From positions 69,351 to 133,350 of the forward strand of contig CALVQE010000001.1 of NCBI GenBank assembly GCA_944355355.1: DNA of 64,000 nt, written 5' to 3'. This document shows, piece after piece, positions 1 to 9,653 of this stretch. The position numbers and the translations under genes are program-made. This stretch comes from an uncultured Bacilli bacterium (GTDB lineage Bacteria; Bacillota_I; Bacilli_A; RF39; UBA660). How positions within the stretch are numbered: position 1 is the first letter of the stretch; every line of letters starts with the position of its first letter. The notes under the pieces were generated by a model that saw only the letters and a program-made list of their open reading frames with translations, did no database searches and had not been told where the DNA came from.

Positions 1-412
1 GATTAATATACATTCGAAAATTTGCTTTATCACATTGAATTAACCAACTACTTCCCTTTTTATTTAAAGTAACGGTCGCTTCCCCAAAACAATCCGCCTG
101 AACGTCTCCTTTATTCTTCCCAAAAGATACAGTATCCACTCCTTGAATAGAATACAAATTTAAAGATTCATCATACAAAGGAATAGTATAAAAAAACGAT
201 TCTCTTACTTTATAATAACGAAAAGGAAGAATTACAATTTGCTTATGGTCATCCTCGTAAACCCATTGATCATCATGGGCATAAACATTTAAGAAATTTC
301 GCTCGTTCCCATCTTCATCCTTATAAGTCACCCAATAATTACCATCAATAATCTTTGGAAGATTGTAAATTTGAAAAGTCTTAGTATCATCAAAAAATAT
401 AACAATTTTCAT
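1..412 (-). CDS. hypothetical protein, N-terminal part only; ORF runs off the window start (MKIVIFFDDTKTFQIYNLPKIIDGNYWVTYKDEDGNE...)
   Basis: Hand translation of the minus strand from the ATG at 412-410 stays open to position 1. Not in the ORF track because it is truncated by the window edge. Lies downstream of the WXG-like gene on the same strand. Confidence 0.4.
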   Translation of the reverse strand, partial: MKIVIFFDDTKTFQIYNLPKIIDGNYWVTYKDEDGNERNFLNVYAHDDQWVYEDDHKQIVILPFRYYKVRESFFYTIPLYDESLNLYSIQGVDTVSFGKNKGDVQADCFGEATVTLNKKGSSWLIQCDKANFRMYIN

Positions 413-501
413 TTACCCACTTCCTTATTCTAAAACAATTATATCACGACTTTAATTTTAGACAAAGAAAAAAGTAGCTAAAAAGCCACTTAATAATAAA
501 A

Positions 502-1155
502 TTAACCTTGATCTGCCATTTGAGCAGCTTCAGCAGCAGCAGAAATATTACTTATACAAGTATTTAAAGCCTCGAAAATTTGACTCATATTTGTATTTAA
601 AACGTTAGTCAAAGTTTCTTTTGCAATTTCTGCAGCATTACCATCCCAAATACCAGAACCACTATTTAATTTAGCTAATTCAGAATCTAAAGTGTTTTTT
701 ACTCCCTCTAAATTACCCTTTATTGAAGATAAAGCTGTACCAATCTCGCTAATTACACCATAATCATAAGTAACAACTTCCTTATTTATATTAGCTTCGC
801 TCATTTCTGTAATTTGTGAAAAATTTAATTGTCCAAAATTAGAAGTAACTGTTGTATCAGCTCCTAAATTAGCAATTTCCAAATCAGCAATACTCTTAGC
901 AACATCCGTCATTGCTTGCGAAAAGCTTTGTCCAAACTCATTAGAAAAACGAATTAAAGCATTATGAGTATCCATAAAGTTTTGAAAATTTTGAGCAGCA
1001 GCAGCTCCTGTCCAAACATTTGGTTGAACTAACTTTTCAATTTGTTCATTAAACTTTAATGAACACCCTTTTACACTTTCGGGTCCTCCATTTAAACATT
1101 CTACAACTTTATTAGCCCAATTTTTTGCAGCTACTGGTTCATAAACTAAAGCCAT
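502..1155 (-). CDS. 217-aa protein with two WXG100-like hairpin motifs (NVWTGAAAAQNF and GIWDGNAAEIAKE); possible type VII secretion-related substrate or adaptor
   Basis: ORF track. Two W-x-G motifs each followed by an AA..F/AAE helix start, about 110 aa apart. Helical and Ala/Asn/Ser-rich like Esx-family proteins. TTGAGT-N17-TATGAT promoter and GAGAGGAG RBS upstream on the minus strand. Confidence 0.4.
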   Translation of the reverse strand: MALVYEPVAAKNWANKVVECLNGGPESVKGCSLKFNEQIEKLVQPNVWTGAAAAQNFQNFMDTHNALIRFSNEFGQSFSQAMTDVAKSIADLEIANLGADTTVTSNFGQLNFSQITEMSEANINKEVVTYDYGVISEIGTALSSIKGNLEGVKNTLDSELAKLNSGSGIWDGNAAEIAKETLTNVLNTNMSQIFEALNTCISNISAAAEAAQMADQG

Positions 1156-1250
1156 AATTATATTCTCCTCTCTCTATTTACACTCTCATCATAGCACACA
1201 TACATAAGATACTCAAAAACATTCAAAATAATTTGACACAATTTGACAAT

Positions 1251-2003
1251 TCAACATTTTTTAAAAATTTCTTTTATATTTTTCTCCGTAATTTGTGCTA
1301 ACTCCTCTAAAGAAATATCACAATATTCAGCGATAAACTTAGCTATATCCAAAACATATTTTGGTTCATTTCTTGTTCCACGATATGGATGAGGAGTCAA
1401 GTAAGGACTATCTGTCTCTAAAATAATAGAATCTAACACTTTAGGCAAAAGTTCTTTTAAATGACTATTTTTAAAAGTAACAACACCATTGATACCTAAC
1501 TTATATCCCATTTGAATATAAATTTTAGCTACTTCTAAACTACCAGAAAAAGAATGGATCACCCCTTTAACATCAGGATATTTCCGTAAAATATCTATTG
1601 TATCTTGAGTCGCTTCTCTTGAATGAATAACTACAGGTAACCCATATTCCTCCGCAAGCATAAGTTGTCTTTCAAATAAAATATTCTGTTCTTCCTTATT
1701 TTCTTTAGTGTAATGGTAATCAAGACCAATCTCACCTATGGCTATGACTTTAGGATTGCAAACACATTCGTTCAAAAATTCAATGTCCTGTGGTACATAA
1801 CTCTCTACATTTTCAGGATGAATACCAACACAACCATATATAGAATCATACTGCTCACATAAATCCATAACTTCCTCATTGCTCTTTCGGTCACAACCCG
1901 CAACAAAAAAAGTTTTTATATGATTTTCCTGTGCTCTTCCAATAACCTCATCAATTGAATCATAATACTCCTGATATAAATGACAATGGGTATCAACAAA
2001 CAT
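1251..2003 (-). CDS. tatD: TatD-family metal-dependent DNase/hydrolase
   Basis: MFVDTHCHL N-terminus and conserved His/Asp/Glu metal ligands. Follows metG as in B. subtilis (metS-yabD). Confidence 0.9.
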   Translation of the reverse strand: MFVDTHCHLYQEYYDSIDEVIGRAQENHIKTFFVAGCDRKSNEEVMDLCEQYDSIYGCVGIHPENVESYVPQDIEFLNECVCNPKVIAIGEIGLDYHYTKENKEEQNILFERQLMLAEEYGLPVVIHSREATQDTIDILRKYPDVKGVIHSFSGSLEVAKIYIQMGYKLGINGVVTFKNSHLKELLPKVLDSIILETDSPYLTPHPYRGTRNEPKYVLDIAKFIAEYCDISLEELAQITEKNIKEIFKKC

Positions 2004-3556
2004 TACTTAACCTCATTCTTAGCCTGAATTTCCTCTAACTTTTTAGCAATGTCAATTCGTAAGAAAAGTGGCACAGGTTCACTAACTACATATGAACCAT
2101 TTTCATTAAATTCATTATTTTTAACCGTTGAATTCAACTGTTTAAAAATCTTTTCACTCGTCTCAGGCATAAATGGTGAAAGTTCAAAAGCACAAATCCG
2201 AATACTTTCAAGAAGATGATAAAGTACTGTTTCCAAACGATCCTTCATTGCTTCATCCTTTGCTAAAGTCCAAGGAGCTGTATCATCAATATATTTATTA
2301 GACTTCCTTAACACCTCAAAAACTTCATCAATCGCGCGACCTATTTCTAATTTATTCATACACTCATCAACATTTCTAGGCATTAAGGATATACTTTCTA
2401 AAAATTCTTCATCAAGTGAATCTAAAATCTTTTTATTCTCAATATGTCCATCAAAATACTTCCTAGCCATCGCAATAGTTCGATTAACTAAATTACCCAA
2501 AACATTGGCCAAATCACTATTGATTCTTTCCATAATAAGTTCATAACTAATCGTTCCATCATTCTGAAAAGGAATCTCATGAAGCAAATAATAACGGATC
2601 GCATCAACACCAAACAAATCCACTAAATCATCTGCATACATAATATTTCCTTTACTTTTACTCATCTTATCATTATTCATTAAAAGCCAAGGATGCCCAA
2701 AAATTTGTTTAGGAAGAGGCAAATCAAGAGCCATCAATAAAATCGGCCAATAAATAGTATGAAACCGCAAAATATCCTTACCAATCAAATGTAAATCACA
2801 AGGCCACCACTTTTTAAACGTTTCGTTTCCACCATCAACATCATAACCAATATTCGTTATATAATTTGATAAAGCATCAATCCAGACATAAACAACATGT
2901 TTATCATTAAAAGGAACACGTACTCCCCAATCAAAAGAAGTTCTAGAAACACATAAATCTTGTAACCCAGGCTTCAAAAAATTATTAATCATTTCATTCT
3001 TACGAGCCTCTGGTTTAATAAAATCAGGATGACTCTCAATATACTCAATCAACTGATCTTGATATTTAGACATCCGAAAAAAATAAGATTCCTCACTACG
3101 TTTAGAAACATCACGTCCACAATCAGGGCATTTGCCATCAACAAGTTGACTCTCTGTCCAAAATGATTCACAAGGAGTACAATACCATCCTTCATATTGA
3201 TCCAAATAAATATCTCCTTGATCATATAATTTTTGAAAAATATGTTGAACAATTTCTTTATGATGAACATCCGTAGTTCGAACAAACTTATCATAACTTG
3301 TATTCATCACATCCCATATTCTTTGAATCTCTTTAGAAATATGATCAACATATTCCTGAGGAGTTTGAAAAGCATCCAAAGCTTTCTGTTCAATCTTTTC
3401 CCCATGTTCATCAGTACCAGTTTGAAAATAAACTTCAAACCCACGATTTCTTTTAAAACGTGCAATCGCATCAGCTAAGACAATTTCGTAAGTATTGCCA
3501 ATATGAGGCTTTCCTGACGCATAAGCAATAGCAGTTGCAATATAAAATTTTTCCAT
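2003..3556 (-). CDS. metG: methionyl-tRNA synthetase (short form without the C-terminal tRNA-binding domain)
   Basis: HIGH-type motif KPHIGNTYE, KMSKS motif, and a CPDC-GRDV zinc knuckle. Confidence 0.95.
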   Translation of the reverse strand: MEKFYIATAIAYASGKPHIGNTYEIVLADAIARFKRNRGFEVYFQTGTDEHGEKIEQKALDAFQTPQEYVDHISKEIQRIWDVMNTSYDKFVRTTDVHHKEIVQHIFQKLYDQGDIYLDQYEGWYCTPCESFWTESQLVDGKCPDCGRDVSKRSEESYFFRMSKYQDQLIEYIESHPDFIKPEARKNEMINNFLKPGLQDLCVSRTSFDWGVRVPFNDKHVVYVWIDALSNYITNIGYDVDGGNETFKKWWPCDLHLIGKDILRFHTIYWPILLMALDLPLPKQIFGHPWLLMNNDKMSKSKGNIMYADDLVDLFGVDAIRYYLLHEIPFQNDGTISYELIMERINSDLANVLGNLVNRTIAMARKYFDGHIENKKILDSLDEEFLESISLMPRNVDECMNKLEIGRAIDEVFEVLRKSNKYIDDTAPWTLAKDEAMKDRLETVLYHLLESIRICAFELSPFMPETSEKIFKQLNSTVKNNEFNENGSYVVSEPVPLFLRIDIAKKLEEIQAKNEVK

Positions 3557-3574
3557 ATAACATCAATTCCTTTC

Positions 3575-3821
3575 CGAAATTATTTCCCGGGAAATAATTT
3601 AAATAAAAAAATCATGAATATAAGGACGAGTTAAAACCCGTGGTACCACCTTATTTCATGATTATCTCATGCACTCTTTCTCTAACGCAGAAATACGTTT
3701 CAACTCCAGAGCCATCTTCCATAGTAACCCTTTACTTATTTTCACCAATCATAAGCTCTCTAAAAAAGAATCATTATGTACTCTTTCCTTCACCATTGAA
3801 TACCCTAATTCTAACATAAAA
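3575..3821 (-). promoter_or_regulatory. T-box riboswitch leader (Met-specific by context) upstream of metG, with a terminator/antiterminator switch
   Basis: On the minus strand there is an F-box-like GCGTTA, then the T-box sequence AAGGTGGTACCACGGG (plus 3637-3652; consensus AGGGTGGTACCGCGG). It overlaps the 5' arm of a hairpin (CATGAAATAAGG ... CCTTATATTCATG, plus 3614-3660) followed by a U-tract (plus 3601-3612). The 266-nt 5' leader length is typical of T-boxes. Confidence 0.75.
3582..3595. promoter_or_regulatory. Noc-binding-site-type palindrome ATTTCCCGGGAAAT, within the 22-bp palindrome AATTATTTCCCGGGAAATAATT at 3578-3599
   Basis: Exact match to the B. subtilis NBS consensus. Located in the metG leader. 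Confidence 0.65.
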
Positions 3822-4343
3822 TTAAAGAATGTCAATTTTATTTACAATAATTTTAGTAAGAAAACGTGTAAAATCTATCATATAAGAAAGAAAAGGTTGC
3901 TCTTGATATAAAAGGATCAAACCCATAATATCCCCAGAAACATTAATAGGCTCAATATGAAAATAACCGCTCAAATTAAAATATTGTACAGGCTGATTAG
4001 TAGTATAACATTCGCGATTCATAATAAATTCCTCTAAAGAAGAAGGAATAGATAAACTTACTAAAGAAGAATCAAATGCCGTAATAACCTTCTCACGATC
4101 TGTAACAATTAGCTTTAACCCCATTACCTCAAAAGCTAAATTACAAAGAGGTTCTAAAGTATCTGTAATATTTAACAAATGAGAATACTTTTGAAGATAA
4201 ACCCCTTTATCTCTCACAAATATTTCTAAATCCTCCCCATCTTTAATACCTAAATTTTTTCGAATTTCTTTAGGCAAAACAATTCTTCCAAGTTCATCAA
4301 TTTTGCGAATAATTCCAGTCTCTTTCAAAGAAATACACTCCAT
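3822..4343 (-). CDS. spoVT: SpoVT/AbrB-family sporulation transcription regulator (AbrB-type N-terminal swapped hairpin plus GAF-like C-terminal domain)
   Basis: N-terminus GIIRKIDELGRIVLPKEIRKNLGIKDGEDLEIF matches SpoVT/AbrB. The 173-aa length and the position immediately downstream of mfd match the B. subtilis mfd-spoVT synteny. Confidence 0.75.
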   Translation of the reverse strand: MECISLKETGIIRKIDELGRIVLPKEIRKNLGIKDGEDLEIFVRDKGVYLQKYSHLLNITDTLEPLCNLAFEVMGLKLIVTDREKVITAFDSSLVSLSIPSSLEEFIMNRECYTTNQPVQYFNLSGYFHIEPINVSGDIMGLILLYQEQPFLSYMIDFTRFLTKIIVNKIDIL

Positions 4344-4374
4344 TCTACAACTATTGTGAACCGCCCTTTAAAAT

Positions 4375-7300
4375 TTATACTTCTAAATCATCACAAATTT
4401 TTTGAACCAAAGCCACCACATCATAAATAAAATGCTTTTCTTGATATAAAATTGGTAACAAAATACTAATCTGTTTATTTTCAAACTTAATTTGAAATTT
4501 TGGATTAATACTATACGCCTCCAAAAACAACTTATCTCCCTTAATTTTAGCAGAAATCTCCTCTGATAACCAAAATTGAATGATTCGGTTATTTTGAACA
4601 ACCTTAACAATATTTAAGCGGTTAGCTAACTTTTCAAACCATTCTTCATACATATAAATTCCCATATTTTCCGTGATAGTTCCAAAACGATCGATTAGCA
4701 TACTCTTGACATCTTCTAATTTTTGATAAGAATCAATTTCATTAATTAATTGATGAATTTCAATTTTAACTGACTCATCCGAAACATAATCATCGTCAAT
4801 ATGTGTTTCAACTCGAATAAGAGACTCCTTATCCTCATCTTCAGGAACATATTCACCCTTTAATCGTTTCATTTCATCTTCAATCATTTTCATATACAAA
4901 CTAATTCCAACTGTATCAACAAAACCAGCTTGCTCACTACCCAAAATATCTCCAGCTCCGCGTATAGACAAATCTCTCATTGCAATCTTATAACCACTAC
5001 CAAGCTCCGTAAAATCTCGAATAGCCTGCAACCGTTTTACGGCAATATCATTAAGCATCTTATTTTTATGATATAAAAGATATGCATATGCAATCTTATT
5101 ACTACGACCAACACGGCCCCTAAGTTGATAAAGCTGACTAAGTCCAAAACGATCCGCATCATAAATAATTAAAGTATTAGCATTAGGAATATCAATACCT
5201 GTCTCAATAATAGTCGTACTAACCAAAATATCAAAATCATAAGCAATAAAACTACTCATAATATCATCTAACTCAGTTTTAGTCATCCGACCATGAGCAA
5301 AACGAATTCTAGCCTCAGGAACCAACTTTTGTAAATGCGAAACCTTTTCCTCAATCGTTTCTACTCGATTATATAAAACAAAAACTTGCCCATTGCGCGC
5401 TAATTCTTTATAAATAGCATCTTTAACTAACATATCACTATCCGAAACAACATAAGTTTGAATTGGATATCGATTAATAGGTGGAGTATCAATAATAGAT
5501 AAATCCCGAAGTCCCGATAAACTCATTTTTAAAGTCCTAGGAATTGGTGTAGCCGATAAAGTTAAAACATTAACATCATTTTTTAATTCTTTAATCTTTT
5601 CTTTATGCGTTACTCCAAAACGTTGTTCCTCGTCAATAACTAATAACCCTAACCGTTTAGGTTGAACCTCCTTCGAAAGAAGACGATGCGTTCCAAAAAC
5701 AATATCAATCTTTCCAGACTTTAAGCCTTCTAGAATTTCTGCTGCTTCTTTCTTTGTCGTAAAACGATTAAATAATCGAATTTCTACAGCAAAATTACGA
5801 AATCTCTCCAAAGCAGATTCATACTGTTGTTTAGATAAAATCGTTGTTGGACACAAATAAAGAACTTGCTTATTATTACAAACAGCCTTAAACATACCAC
5901 GAAAAGCAACTTCCGTCTTTCCAAAACCAACATCACCACATAATAAACGATCCATAGGCACAACTGAATCTAAATCATGAAAAACATCCTTAATTGCCCG
6001 AATCTGATCTCTTGTCTCGTCATAAGCAAAATCATTGGCAAATAAGTCCTCCTCAGGAAAATCTTGATACGCTTCACCAACTACACTATTACGCTTAGCA
6101 TATAATTTAATTAGTTCCCCAGAAATATCTCGAATTTTTTTCTGAACAGCTTGTTTCTTTCTCTGCCATACAGGAGAATTCAATTTATTAATCTGAGGCT
6201 TCATTCCATCTTTATCACTATATTTATATATACTAGAAATCTTCTCAACTGGCACATAAACCTTATCATTACCTAAATAAGCAATCTGTAAATAATCCTT
6301 TTTTAATCCCTGAACATTTAAAGTAACAACTCCACAATAAATGCCTATCCCATGTGCCCGATGAACAACATAATCACCAGTCTGTAAAGCATTTAAATCA
6401 CGAATTTTTTTCCCAATATGCAAATTATTTTTATACTTAACTTCCTGCTTAATTTCTTCAATATCAAATTCAGAAATAACGACCAAATTATCCCAAATAA
6501 AACCTTTATTTATCTTAAAATGAACGATATTAATTGCATTTTCATGAAACTGACCATCTTTCACTAAAACAACATTTTGCTCAAACAAATCACGAATCTC
6601 ACTAATCTGATTAGATGTTGACAAAGCAAAAACAACCGTCTTTTTTTGATAAATAAAACCTTGTACAACCTCTTTCAACTTAGTAAAATTTCCCTTAAAA
6701 TTATCAATTTCATTAGTTTGAAAACGACAAACATTTTTACTCTTTAAATCATTAACAACATGATTAACATATAAAATATAACTAGGATGAATTTCATCAA
6801 AAGAAAGAAAAAACTTTTGACTATCTAATTCTTGCTCCTTTTGATAAGCTAAACTTTCCTCAACCAAATGAGCATAACTAGCCTCAATTTGTGGATAATC
6901 AAAATAAACTACTGTAGCATCACCCATATATTGAAGTAAAGAACTATACCCTTCAGTTTTTACTTCATCAACAGGCCGACAAGTAATAGACGAAACCTCA
7001 CTAACAGTACGTTGTGTCTCTTCATCAAAATAACGAATAGATTCAATAGTATCGCCAAAAAACTCAATACGTATTGGATGGTTTTCATCAATTAAAAACA
7101 CATCCAAAACAAAACCTCTTACAGCATATTCCCCAGTTGAAGTAACCATAGAATCACGTTGATAACCTAAGTTCTCCAAAGTTGAAACCAAATCTTCACG
7201 AGAAATTTCCAAATCCTTTTTTAAAGTGATTTTCAAAGAATCCTGAACACTTTTTTGAGGAAGCATTCTTAGATATCCCATCAAATTAGTAATAACAATA

Positions 7301-7590
7301 CATTTTTCTTGAACCTTTTCCAAAGTTTCCAAACGCTTTAACTTTAATTCAGGAGATACAGCCAATGCTACTGAAGTAAAAAAATCATCCATTGGAAACA
7401 AAAAAACTTGATCTGTATAAGTTTCCATTGCTTGATAAAGCTTATTAGCATCATACAAATTACTTGTCACTAAAAGCACAGAAGAATCATGACATTTAAA
7501 ATACTCCAACACGTAAAAAAGAGATAACTCACTCGTTAATCCTTCATTTATTGTTCCATTATCAAATCTAAACTCTTTAAACTTTTCCAT
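4375..7590 (-). CDS. mfd: transcription-repair coupling factor Mfd
   Basis: 1071 aa, DEEQRFGV (DEAH box) and TLSATPIPRTL helicase motifs, with pth upstream. Confidence 0.95.
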   Translation of the reverse strand: MEKFKEFRFDNGTINEGLTSELSLFYVLEYFKCHDSSVLLVTSNLYDANKLYQAMETYTDQVFLFPMDDFFTSVALAVSPELKLKRLETLEKVQEKCIVITNLMGYLRMLPQKSVQDSLKITLKKDLEISREDLVSTLENLGYQRDSMVTSTGEYAVRGFVLDVFLIDENHPIRIEFFGDTIESIRYFDEETQRTVSEVSSITCRPVDEVKTEGYSSLLQYMGDATVVYFDYPQIEASYAHLVEESLAYQKEQELDSQKFFLSFDEIHPSYILYVNHVVNDLKSKNVCRFQTNEIDNFKGNFTKLKEVVQGFIYQKKTVVFALSTSNQISEIRDLFEQNVVLVKDGQFHENAINIVHFKINKGFIWDNLVVISEFDIEEIKQEVKYKNNLHIGKKIRDLNALQTGDYVVHRAHGIGIYCGVVTLNVQGLKKDYLQIAYLGNDKVYVPVEKISSIYKYSDKDGMKPQINKLNSPVWQRKKQAVQKKIRDISGELIKLYAKRNSVVGEAYQDFPEEDLFANDFAYDETRDQIRAIKDVFHDLDSVVPMDRLLCGDVGFGKTEVAFRGMFKAVCNNKQVLYLCPTTILSKQQYESALERFRNFAVEIRLFNRFTTKKEAAEILEGLKSGKIDIVFGTHRLLSKEVQPKRLGLLVIDEEQRFGVTHKEKIKELKNDVNVLTLSATPIPRTLKMSLSGLRDLSIIDTPPINRYPIQTYVVSDSDMLVKDAIYKELARNGQVFVLYNRVETIEEKVSHLQKLVPEARIRFAHGRMTKTELDDIMSSFIAYDFDILVSTTIIETGIDIPNANTLIIYDADRFGLSQLYQLRGRVGRSNKIAYAYLLYHKNKMLNDIAVKRLQAIRDFTELGSGYKIAMRDLSIRGAGDILGSEQAGFVDTVGISLYMKMIEDEMKRLKGEYVPEDEDKESLIRVETHIDDDYVSDESVKIEIHQLINEIDSYQKLEDVKSMLIDRFGTITENMGIYMYEEWFEKLANRLNIVKVVQNNRIIQFWLSEEISAKIKGDKLFLEAYSINPKFQIKFENKQISILLPILYQEKHFIYDVVALVQKICDDLEV

Positions 7591-7599
7591 TAAAATCCC

Positions 7600-8151
7600 C
7601 TACTTACTATTATAACGATTCATAGTTTTTTCTATTCCATTCTCAATAAAAAAATAAATAATCTCTTGATAAAAAGAAAAATGTTGGATTAAGAATTCCA
7701 TTTCATCTTTAGAAAAGTTTCCTAAAACATAATGTATAGTATCCCCTTTTAAATCATGCGAAATTCCTATTTTCAATCGAGCAAAATGAGTTGTTCCCAG
7801 TGCATCTATAATAGATTTAATTCCATTATGTCCTCCTGAAGAACTATCTATCTTCAACTTATGACGTCCAAAAGCTAAATCCATATCATCCTGTATCACT
7901 AAAATATCATCAGGATCAATATCATAATAACGACTTATCTTTGCAACGGATAAACCACTTAAATTCATAAAAGTAGTAGGTTTAACAAAAATACATTTTT
8001 CTCCTTGAATAGATTCTATCCGAACATAAGCTTGAAATTTTTTTTCTAAAGTAAATTCCTTCACAAAAGAATCTAAAATCATAAAACCAACATTATGACG
8101 AGTCAAAACATATTCTTTTCCAATATTTCCTAAACCAACAATCATTTTCAT
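7600..8151 (-). CDS. pth: peptidyl-tRNA hydrolase
   Basis: MKMIVGLGNIGKEY...TRHNVGF signature. Confidence 0.95.
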   Translation of the reverse strand: MKMIVGLGNIGKEYVLTRHNVGFMILDSFVKEFTLEKKFQAYVRIESIQGEKCIFVKPTTFMNLSGLSVAKISRYYDIDPDDILVIQDDMDLAFGRHKLKIDSSSGGHNGIKSIIDALGTTHFARLKIGISHDLKGDTIHYVLGNFSKDEMEFLIQHFSFYQEIIYFFIENGIEKTMNRYNSK

Positions 8152-8161
8152 TACTAATCAC

Positions 8162-8884
8162 TTACTTTCTAAAAATACCTTGATAACTTTCTAAACTTCC
8201 AATGTTTACTGGCGGATAAACACGAGTTCCAAATCGTCCTCCCTTAACACAAGTAACTAAAACCATTACAGGCTTTTCATTCATCTTAGAGTAAACAAAT
8301 TGTAATTCCTTTATAGCTAAACCAAAACGGTTAGCATAAATAAATATTTCATCAATCCGATCAGGAACATGTACTAAGTAAAATCTTCCCTTATCTTTTA
8401 AGAAAAAACTTGTTACTTCAAAAATTTCTTTCAATGTTATACAAATTTCATGTCGTGCAATACTTTTGATAAGATTTTTATTGATATTACTTGATTCTGT
8501 ATACTTAAAATACGGTGGATTACATAAAATAACATCAAAATTATTTCCCGGGAAATAATTTTTTAGCTCTTTTACATTATCGTGAATAAGCGTAATCACC
8601 TCTTCCATTTGATTATAACGGACTGACTCTTTGGCCAACTGGTATATTTCTTCTTGATACTCTACTCCCACAACTGGCTTACTATATTTATTTTGAATCA
8701 AAATAGGTATAACTGCATTGCCAGTACAAAAATCAATAATTTGATTATCATCTTTTTTTATCTGCGCAAATTCAAACAATAAAATTGAATCTAAAGAAAA
8801 TTTAAAACCTTCCTCATACTGATACACTTTTAGATTAGGATAATCAAATAACCAATTAAGAGTCTTTTTCATCATTCCAAACAA
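8162..8884 (-). CDS. class I SAM-dependent methyltransferase, YabB/TrmN6-like (NPPY motif)
   Basis: DFCTGNAVIPILI SAM-binding motif and NPPYFKY. Positioned after ricT and holB as yabB is in B. subtilis. Contains one copy of the ATTTCCCGGGAAAT palindrome. Confidence 0.75.
   Translation of the reverse strand: MFGMMKKTLNWLFDYPNLKVYQYEEGFKFSLDSILLFEFAQIKKDDNQIIDFCTGNAVIPILIQNKYSKPVVGVEYQEEIYQLAKESVRYNQMEEVITLIHDNVKELKNYFPGNNFDVILCNPPYFKYTESSNINKNLIKSIARHEICITLKEIFEVTSFFLKDKGRFYLVHVPDRIDEIFIYANRFGLAIKELQFVYSKMNEKPVMVLVTCVKGGRFGTRVYPPVNIGSLESYQGIFRK
8543..8556. promoter_or_regulatory. Noc-binding-site-type palindrome ATTTCCCGGGAAAT, with an identical 22-bp context at 8539-8560
   Basis: Inside the methyltransferase CDS, where it encodes YFPGNNF. 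Confidence 0.65.
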
Positions 8885-9653
8885 CCTCTTCTAATTGATT
8901 ATCAACAAGAACTTTACCTTTACGATTCAAAATGTCTATCTGAACGACTTTTCCCTTACCACGAGAAGTTTCAATTTCATCCCCTACACTAGGCAATCCA
9001 TAAGAACACCGAATATACTCTGCATCTTCATAAGACAAACAGCATAACAAACGTCCACAAGCACCATTAATTTTAGAAGGATTTAATGCTAAATTCTGAT
9101 TTTTAGCCATGTTCATAGTAATGGATTCAGTAAATTTATAGCATCCCGTACAACAAAGAAGACGTCCACACATACCAACACCACCAATATCACTAGCTTT
9201 ATCACGAGCACCAATTTGTCTTAATTCAATTCTCGTTTTATAAACTTGAGCTAAGCGCTTAGCCATCTCACGAAAATCTACACGCTGATCAGCATGAAAA
9301 TTAAAAAATAGCTGCTTTCGGTCAAAAGTAAACTCTGCATCTAAAAAATTCATACCTAAACCTAAATTTTCATTTTCTTTCTTAGCAAGCTTTAATGCCT
9401 CCTCAGCATCACGTAAATTTTTCAAATACTGCTCATAATCTTTCTTAGTAGCAATGCGAATTACATTTTTTAAATTAGATACATCTATAGAGGTGGATAA
9501 ATCAATTTTCCGTACAACACGTCCAAACTGCAATCCCCTCTCAGTTTCAACAATAACCGTAACACGATTAGGAATTTTTAAACGACCACCATTAAAATAA
9601 TATCCTTTTCCCTTATCTCGAAAAACAACTTCATAAATATTCATCAAATTCAC
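8856..9653 (-). CDS. ricT: PSP1-domain regulator RicT (YaaT, stage 0 sporulation / RNase Y specificity factor)
   Basis: Strong match to YaaT throughout (TRIELRQIGARD, CGRLLCC Cys cluster). Confidence 0.9.
   Translation of the reverse strand: MNLMNIYEVVFRDKGKGYYFNGGRLKIPNRVTVIVETERGLQFGRVVRKIDLSTSIDVSNLKNVIRIATKKDYEQYLKNLRDAEEALKLAKKENENLGLGMNFLDAEFTFDRKQLFFNFHADQRVDFREMAKRLAQVYKTRIELRQIGARDKASDIGGVGMCGRLLCCTGCYKFTESITMNMAKNQNLALNPSKINGACGRLLCCLSYEDAEYIRCSYGLPSVGDEIETSRGKGKVVQIDILNRKGKVLVDNQLEEVVWNDEKDS

Noticed and set aside
3049-3478. ORFs 3049-3294 (-) and 3233-3478 (+) inside metG
   Set aside because: Alternative-frame or antisense ORFs of an AT-rich gene. Phe/Ile/Asn/Lys-rich junk.
3669-3911. 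80-aa plus-strand ORF
   Set aside because: Lies antisense within the metG T-box leader and the spoVT 3' end. Low-complexity.
4383-4610. 75-aa minus-strand ORF inside mfd
   Set aside because: Alternative frame of mfd.
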